From the NCBI GenBank assembly GCA_003133025.1, contig PKZK01000111.1, forward strand, positions 22,190 to 34,910: a stretch of 12,721 nt of DNA, written 5' to 3'. Made by a program: the position numbers and the translations under genes. The first letter of the stretch is position 1; each line of letters starts with the position of its first letter. This stretch comes from Vulcanimicrobiota bacterium (GTDB lineage Bacteria; Vulcanimicrobiota; Vulcanimicrobiia; Vulcanimicrobiales; Vulcanimicrobiaceae). This document shows positions 8,257 through 12,721 of this stretch, in pieces. Under the pieces are notes generated by a model that had not been told where the DNA came from, did no database searches, and saw only the letters and a program-made list of their open reading frames with translations.

Positions 8257-9252
8257 CTACTGTCCCACGGGTTCGGGCGGCGCGAGTTTGCGCCTGAGGC
8301 AGAGGCCCAATGTATCCCGGCCGCCGTGCGCGCAGGCGTCTCGATATCCCGAGGGTATCGAAAACAGATCTCCCGCCTCGTGGAGCGCGCGAATGTGTCC
8401 GCGCTCGTTGACGATGCCGAGGTCGCCGCGCATGAAGGCGGGCTTCGAGCCCTTTGCCTCGAGGGTCAGCGAGGAACGGAAGATCAGGAAGCGTTTGTCG
8501 CCGCCGCAGGTGTTGCCGAAGAGCGTCATGATCGGCACCGCGCGCGGCACGGGACACGGCTCGGGCAGCGCAGCCGTGTACGTCGTGATGCGGAAGCGTT
8601 GCTTGGACGCGACGTGGGCGCGTGGTCGCGCGAAAAAGGCGAAGTCGTAGTCGGCCCGCCGGCCCTGCGCGCGGATGCCGTCGACCACGATCGGTGCGAG
8701 CGCCGCGAAGCTTCCGGGCAAGCGCGTCACATGGTAGTAGTCGCGCCCGAGCGCCGACCGGCAGCCGCGATCGCTCGCGCCGTAAAAGGCTTGCAAGATC
8801 TTGATGGAGTGGTAGTAGAGCTTGTGCGCCTCGTCGAGGACGATCATGTCGTTGCCTTTGGCCTTGCAGATCGTCACGATGCCTTGGGTTTCGACGCGCG
8901 TCTCGCCGCCGAAAGCGGCGACCCGGTAGAGTAGCCCCGGCTCGTACTGCCGGCGATAGTCCGGGTGGGCGCGAATGAATTCGGCGTAGTCGCGGTCGAA
9001 GCGGCCCGGCTCGCGCATCGGCATCGCGCAGCCGCGCACGCATTGAACGGGCAAGTCCAGTTGGTCGAAGGCGATGTCGGGACCCGCGCTCGCATTCGCC
9101 GGCGGCGCCGCGGCGCGCGCCGGTCCGGCCGCGACCAACGCTATGGCCAGCGCGAATGCGACGGCTATCCTGTCGGGACGCAGCGTGCGCAACGCTAACG
9201 CGCCGAACGGCGGGCCGCCCGCCGTCAGGACGGAAAGCGTACGTAGCGTCAT
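8257..9252 (-). CDS. Hypothetical exported Cys-rich protein, possibly DUF4412-like (start uncertain: ATG 9252 or TTG 9192)
   Basis: Signal peptide IAVAFALAIALVAAGPARA; 8 Cys; MIVLDEAHKLYY and LFSIPSGY recall DUF4412-type motifs. Protein-like composition, unlike the overlapping ORFs. Confidence 0.65.
   Translation of the reverse strand: MTLRTLSVLTAGGPPFGALALRTLRPDRIAVAFALAIALVAAGPARAAAPPANASAGPDIAFDQLDLPVQCVRGCAMPMREPGRFDRDYAEFIRAHPDYRRQYEPGLLYRVAAFGGETRVETQGIVTICKAKGNDMIVLDEAHKLYYHSIKILQAFYGASDRGCRSALGRDYYHVTRLPGSFAALAPIVVDGIRAQGRRADYDFAFFARPRAHVASKQRFRITTYTAALPEPCPVPRAVPIMTLFGNTCGGDKRFLIFRSSLTLEAKGSKPAFMRGDLGIVNERGHIRALHEAGDLFSIPSGYRDACAHGGRDTLGLCLRRKLAPPEPVGQ
9207..9225 (-). terminator. 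GC-rich hairpin downstream of the glyoxalase gene, possible weak terminator
   Basis: Perfect 8-bp stem ACGGCGGG-CCG-CCCGCCGT with no real U tract. Confidence 0.3.
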
Positions 9253-9270
9253 GCGCGCCGCTTTCGGCGG

Positions 9271-9669
9271 CTAGGTGATCGGGCCTTGGCGCGCTTCGAG
9301 CAACTCGACGGGGATGCCGTTGGGATCTTCGACGAAGGCCAGCCAGCGGCCGCCGCTCGGCGATTTCTTGGGTCCGCTGGTCACCTTCACGCCCGCGGCG
9401 CGCAGCTTCTCGATCTCCGCCGGAAAGTCGCCTTCGAGCTCGAGCGCGAGATGCTCGTAGCGGTTGCCCGTTTGGTACGGCGGATGGTCCTCGAGATCGT
9501 ACACGAGTTCGATGTACGCGTTCCAATCGGCGCCGACGAAGGCCATGTCGGCGTTGCCCGGATAGTGCAGGGGGCCGTCGAGCAACTTCAAGCCCAAGTG
9601 CTTGGTGTAGAAGTCGATCGACTGCTGCATGTCGTTCACGAAGATCGAGGTGTGCAGGTAACGGGACAA
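9271..9669 (-). CDS. VOC family glyoxalase I (lactoylglutathione lyase)-like protein, 132 aa
   Basis: LHT..V.D.Q.SIDFYTK.LG, AFVG, IELVY, HLAL and AFVEDPNG..VEL; metal ligands H6, E54, H73, E122. TTG start with AGGAG 6 nt upstream. Confidence 0.92.
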   Translation of the reverse strand: MSRYLHTSIFVNDMQQSIDFYTKHLGLKLLDGPLHYPGNADMAFVGADWNAYIELVYDLEDHPPYQTGNRYEHLALELEGDFPAEIEKLRAAGVKVTSGPKKSPSGGRWLAFVEDPNGIPVELLEARQGPIT

Positions 9670-9683
9670 GACGGGCTCCTGTG

Positions 9684-10001
9684 TCAGCGTACGGCGCGGA
9701 GAGGAACGTCGGGTGCGGCTTCCGGCTCCCGGATCCTGCCCACCAGCAGGCTCAGGTAACGCAGGCAGCAGACCCGCAGGAACGAGGCGAAATTCTTCGC
9801 CTCGTCCCGCTCCTCGAGAAGTTCGTCGTAAAGCTTAGCGACGAGTTGATTGGTGGTCAATCCCTCGCGAGACGCCATCTCGAGTAAGACGTCCCAGAAG
9901 AGATTCTCGATCCTGATCGTGGTCAAGACCCCGCGAATGCGGACGGACCTCGTTCGCGATTCGTACAGGATCGCATCCGCCTTCGCGTAGATCTGGCACA
10001 T
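9684..10001 (-). CDS. Ribbon-helix-helix (RHH_4-like) DNA-binding protein, 105 aa
   Basis: MCQIY...YESRTRSVRIRGVLTTIRIENLFWDVL...NFASFLRVCCLRY. It is the C-terminal 105 aa of ORF 9684..11321. The ATG overlaps the GMC stop (TGATG). Confidence 0.9.
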   Translation of the reverse strand: MCQIYAKADAILYESRTRSVRIRGVLTTIRIENLFWDVLLEMASREGLTTNQLVAKLYDELLEERDEAKNFASFLRVCCLRYLSLLVGRIREPEAAPDVPLRAVR

Positions 10002-11569
10002 CAGACGGTCTGCTTGCTCATCGCCGACGCGATGTAGTCGGCTTGCCTGATCGCGAGCGTCACGATCGTCAGCGTCGGGTTCTCGGCGGCGCTGGTGGTG
10101 AATTGGCTGCCGTCGGAGATGAAGAGGTTCTTCACGTCGTGCGTCTGGCCGTGCTTGTTCACCACGCCGAGCTTGGGATCGTTGCTCATGCGCGCGGTAC
10201 CGAGGTTGTGCGTCGAGGGATACGGCGGCGTTTCGATCACGCTCTTGGCGCCGACCGCCCGGTACACGTTGCCGCCCTGCTGGAAGGCGTGGGCGCGCAT
10301 CGCCAGGTCGTTGGCGTGATCGTCGTAGTGCACGTTGGGCACCGGCTGACCGAACTGGTCCTTTACGGCCGTGTTGAGCGTGACGCGGTTGGTTTCGCGC
10401 GGCATGTCTTCGCCGACGATCCACATGCCGGCCATATTGGTGTAGCCGTCGAGCGCGGCGGTGAAGTCCGAACCCCACGCGCCCGGGTTGATGAACGCGG
10501 CCATGAACGGCAGGCCGAGCGAGATCGTCTCCATCTCGTAGCCGCCCACGAAGCCACGGCTCGGTTTGAGCGCCGCTTCGTCCTGGATGATGCCGGCCAT
10601 GGTGGTGCCGCGCCACATGTGCACCGGCTCGTCGAAGACCGCGTACACGGAGGCCGTGAGGTGGCGCATGTAGTTGCGGCCGACCTGGCCCGAGCTGTTG
10701 GCCAATCCATCCGGGAATTGGTTCGAGGCCGAATTGAGCAGCAGTCGCGGTGTCTCGATCGAGTTGGCGGCCACGGCGACGATCCGCGCTTTCTGGCGCT
10801 GCGTCTTGCCCGCCGCATCGACGTACACCACCGCGGTCGCCTTGCCCGCCGCGTTGGTTTCGATCTGCACGACGTGCGACTGAGGCCGCAGGTCGAGATG
10901 GCCCGTCTCTTCGGCGAGCGGGATCTCGGTGTAGAGCGTCGACCACTTCGCGCCCGACTTGCAGCCCTGGAAGCAGAAGCCCATCTGCAAGCACGACGAA
11001 CGATGGTCGCGGAACTTGCTGTTGATCGCCATGTGCCCGGTGCTGCACTTCGTGTAGCCGAGTTTGGTCGCGCCGTTGTAGAGCACTTTGAAGTTGTTGT
11101 TGCCGGGCAGGCCCGGATTGCCGTTGGTGCGCGTGACGCCCATCTTGTGCTCGGCCTTGGCATAGTACGGCGCGAGCTCGGCCAGGCCGATCGGCCAGTC
11201 GGCGAGGTTGGCCCCCTCGAGCTTGCCGTAGTTTGTCAGCGCCTTGAACTCGTGCTCCTGAAGGCGCAGCGAAGCGCCGGCCCAGTGCGTGGTGGTGCCG
11301 CCCACCGTCTTGCACGTCCACGCCGGCAGGTTGGGGAAGTCGGTTGCGACGCGCCAGTTGCCGGAGGTCGTGCGCTTATCGAGCCAGGCGAGCTGATTGA
11401 ACGACTCCCACTCGTCCTGGATGAACGTTTGCGACGATTCGCGCTTGCCCGCCTCGAGCAGCACGACCTTGATGCCCTTCTGGCACAGTTCGTTGGCTAG
11501 GGTTCCGCCGCCGGCGCCCGAGCCGATGATGACGACGGCCGTATCGTCGTTGTGTGCGATTGCTGCCAT
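10001..11569 (-). CDS. GMC family FAD oxidoreductase (sugar/sugar-acid dehydrogenase large-subunit type), 522 aa
   Basis: IIGSGAGG, VGGTTTHWAG, CLQMGFCFQGC, ETPRLLLNS, GLANSSGQVGRNYM, HNLGTARM and NPTLT. GAGGA RBS; no signal peptide. Confidence 0.96.
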   Translation of the reverse strand: MAAIAHNDDTAVVIIGSGAGGGTLANELCQKGIKVVLLEAGKRESSQTFIQDEWESFNQLAWLDKRTTSGNWRVATDFPNLPAWTCKTVGGTTTHWAGASLRLQEHEFKALTNYGKLEGANLADWPIGLAELAPYYAKAEHKMGVTRTNGNPGLPGNNNFKVLYNGATKLGYTKCSTGHMAINSKFRDHRSSCLQMGFCFQGCKSGAKWSTLYTEIPLAEETGHLDLRPQSHVVQIETNAAGKATAVVYVDAAGKTQRQKARIVAVAANSIETPRLLLNSASNQFPDGLANSSGQVGRNYMRHLTASVYAVFDEPVHMWRGTTMAGIIQDEAALKPSRGFVGGYEMETISLGLPFMAAFINPGAWGSDFTAALDGYTNMAGMWIVGEDMPRETNRVTLNTAVKDQFGQPVPNVHYDDHANDLAMRAHAFQQGGNVYRAVGAKSVIETPPYPSTHNLGTARMSNDPKLGVVNKHGQTHDVKNLFISDGSQFTTSAAENPTLTIVTLAIRQADYIASAMSKQTV

Positions 11570-11594
11570 GTTCGTATTCCTCGCTCTCTCGACG

Positions 11595-12167
11595 CTACAG
11601 CACGCCGACGGTGGGGCTGGCCGCCGCGGGCGGATTGGGAAGCCACGTCAGGTCGTTGAAGCCGCGGTGGATGTAGCCGCCCTTCGGCCACGAAGCGCCC
11701 TGATAACCGAAGTGCGCGAAGGCCAACTCGTTGTTGTACAGCGAGGTGATGCACGTCGAGCGGACCTTGGCGAAGTACGCAGTTTTCTCGATCGCCTTCG
11801 CTGCCGCCAGGCGCGCGGCGGGCGTGGCCGCGGCGAAGTTGCCGCCCGCAGCCGAGTCGAGCGAAGCGGTCCCGTCGCGCAGAAGCGACGCGGTCGCGGG
11901 GTCTTTCGCGGCGACGTCGAGGTCCTTGACCAACATCGCGTAGACCGCGGTGGGCAGCGTGGCGTGCGGGTAGAGCGTTTGCCCGAAGGCCAGGATCGTC
12001 TCGCCGTCGTGTTGCGAGAGCGTCTGGAGTTCCAGCGCCCAGGCGCGCGTCGGCGCGAGCGTGGCCAGCGCGGACGTCGCGGCGATGGTGCCCGTGAGCA
12101 CGGCGGCGGTCCGGCGGATCATGTCACGCCGCGTAAGTGCATTCTGCTGTGAAGCGCCCTCGTCCAT
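11595..12167 (-). CDS. Tat-signal small subunit (gluconate 2-dehydrogenase subunit 3 / hitchhiker-like), 190 aa
   Basis: LTRRDMI twin-arginine motif, hydrophobic region and AWA cleavage site; C-terminal FGYQGAS..KGGYI.RGFNDL.WL. AGGAGG RBS at 12173-12178; 25 nt upstream of the GMC gene. Confidence 0.9.
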   Translation of the reverse strand: MDEGASQQNALTRRDMIRRTAAVLTGTIAATSALATLAPTRAWALELQTLSQHDGETILAFGQTLYPHATLPTAVYAMLVKDLDVAAKDPATASLLRDGTASLDSAAGGNFAAATPAARLAAAKAIEKTAYFAKVRSTCITSLYNNELAFAHFGYQGASWPKGGYIHRGFNDLTWLPNPPAAASPTVGVL

Positions 12168-12243
12168 TACAGCCTCCTATCTGGACTCAGCACGATGCGT
12201 AGACCAGCGGGAACAAAGTTCCTCCACCGGCATCGGTGACCGT

Positions 12244-12285
12244 ATCTTATTTGTGCGACGCGCGGAGGGGGTAATATCCTGTTAT
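12244..12285 (-). promoter_or_regulatory. Putative operon promoter (-10 TAAGAT) and palindromic operator
   Basis: Minus-strand TAAGAT at 12249-12244; imperfect inverted repeat GTAATA-TCC-TGTTAT at 12271-12285 in an AT-rich patch. Confidence 0.45.
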
Positions 12286-12316
12286 ATGGCCGTTCCGGGG
12301 CCGGGTCGCCGCGAGG

Positions 12317-12721
12317 TTACATCTGCGTCGGCTGCGGCGACGGTGCGGCCGGCGGGCTGAGCGCCATGCCTTGCACCGAGTCGAGCCCATCGCCGCTGAG
12401 ATACTCGGTCATCGATTTGAGCGTCGGGTGCGGCGAGATGTCGACCTCGCTCGAGAGATTCGACGAGTATATCTTGCCCTCGTTCGCGTCGAACGAGATT
12501 TGCGTCGGCGTTACGGACGTGCCCGGCGTCGTGGCGTATGGTTGCGTCTGGCCGGGGTGGAAGCCGTCGATGCGATTGGTTCCCTGCGTCTCCACCGCGA
12601 AAATGTTGCCCTTCGAGTCGACCAGCAGGCCCTGGGGTCCATCGAGCGTGATGCCGAGATCCCGGCCGGCTCCCGTACCGCCGGCGAAGTACTCGATGCC
12701 CCCGGCGCCGTCGCCGTCGGA
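12317..12721 (-). CDS. NHL/SMP-30-like beta-propeller protein, C-terminal part (5' end outside the window)
   Basis: Frame open from the window end: SDGDGAGGIEYFAGGTGAGRDLGITLDGPQGLLVDSKGNIFAVETQ...PTQISFDANEGKIY...VQGMALSP, with blade-like repeats. Stop TAA at 12319-12317. Confidence 0.8.
   Translation of the reverse strand, partial: SDGDGAGGIEYFAGGTGAGRDLGITLDGPQGLLVDSKGNIFAVETQGTNRIDGFHPGQTQPYATTPGTSVTPTQISFDANEGKIYSSNLSSEVDISPHPTLKSMTEYLSGDGLDSVQGMALSPPAAPSPQPTQM

Noticed and set aside
7852..9526. ORFs 7852..8934 (+) and 8252..9526 (-)
   Set aside because: Both overlap better-supported genes and have Arg-rich or shadow composition with no motifs.
1..9669. Functional link between aldolase (triose phosphates, a methylglyoxal source) and the glyoxalase
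   Set aside because: They are about 7.5 kb apart on opposite strands with unrelated genes in between; no sequence evidence of co-regulation.
9684..11321. 545-aa ORF overlapping the GMC on the same strand (possible frameshift fusion to the RHH)
   Set aside because: The first 440 aa are Arg/Gly-rich and not protein-like. Stops in this frame need T at GMC third positions, which are rare. Only the last 105 aa are supported, with their own coupled ATG, and I saw no slippery site.
10043..11500. 485-aa plus-strand ORF
   Set aside because: Antisense shadow of the GMC gene.
1..12721. CRISPR arrays, tRNA/rRNA, IS elements, prophage or defence genes
   Set aside because: No spaced repeats, cloverleaf motifs, or transposase, integrase or nuclease motifs were seen, and intergenic gaps are all under about 150 nt.

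Overview
GC-rich bacterial DNA with 12 supported CDS. The host is a diderm (it encodes a TonB-dependent receptor); PSPSP-linker and NHL-type exported proteins suggest Candidatus Eremiobacterota or Acidobacteria-like soil bacteria (inference only). Plus strand: the 3' part of glpX (class II FBPase), coupled to a class I fructose-bisphosphate aldolase, then a terminator hairpin, two stress-type membrane proteins (one with a DUF883-like segment, one GlsB/YeaQ/YmgE) and a TonB-dependent receptor. Minus strand: a partial NHL-like propeller gene, then a tight 4-gene operon (Tat small subunit, GMC flavo-dehydrogenase with a 3Fe-4S-type Cys motif, Cys-bearing RHH regulator, glyoxalase I-like enzyme), a Cys-rich exported protein and a ~1010-aa chimeric exported protein. 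The best candidate for an undescribed system is the Tat/GMC/RHH/glyoxalase operon with its palindromic operator and structured leader, possibly a reactive-carbonyl sensing and detoxification or sugar-oxidation module. No RNA genes, CRISPR arrays or mobile elements were seen. All family assignments come from motif recognition, not from database searches.
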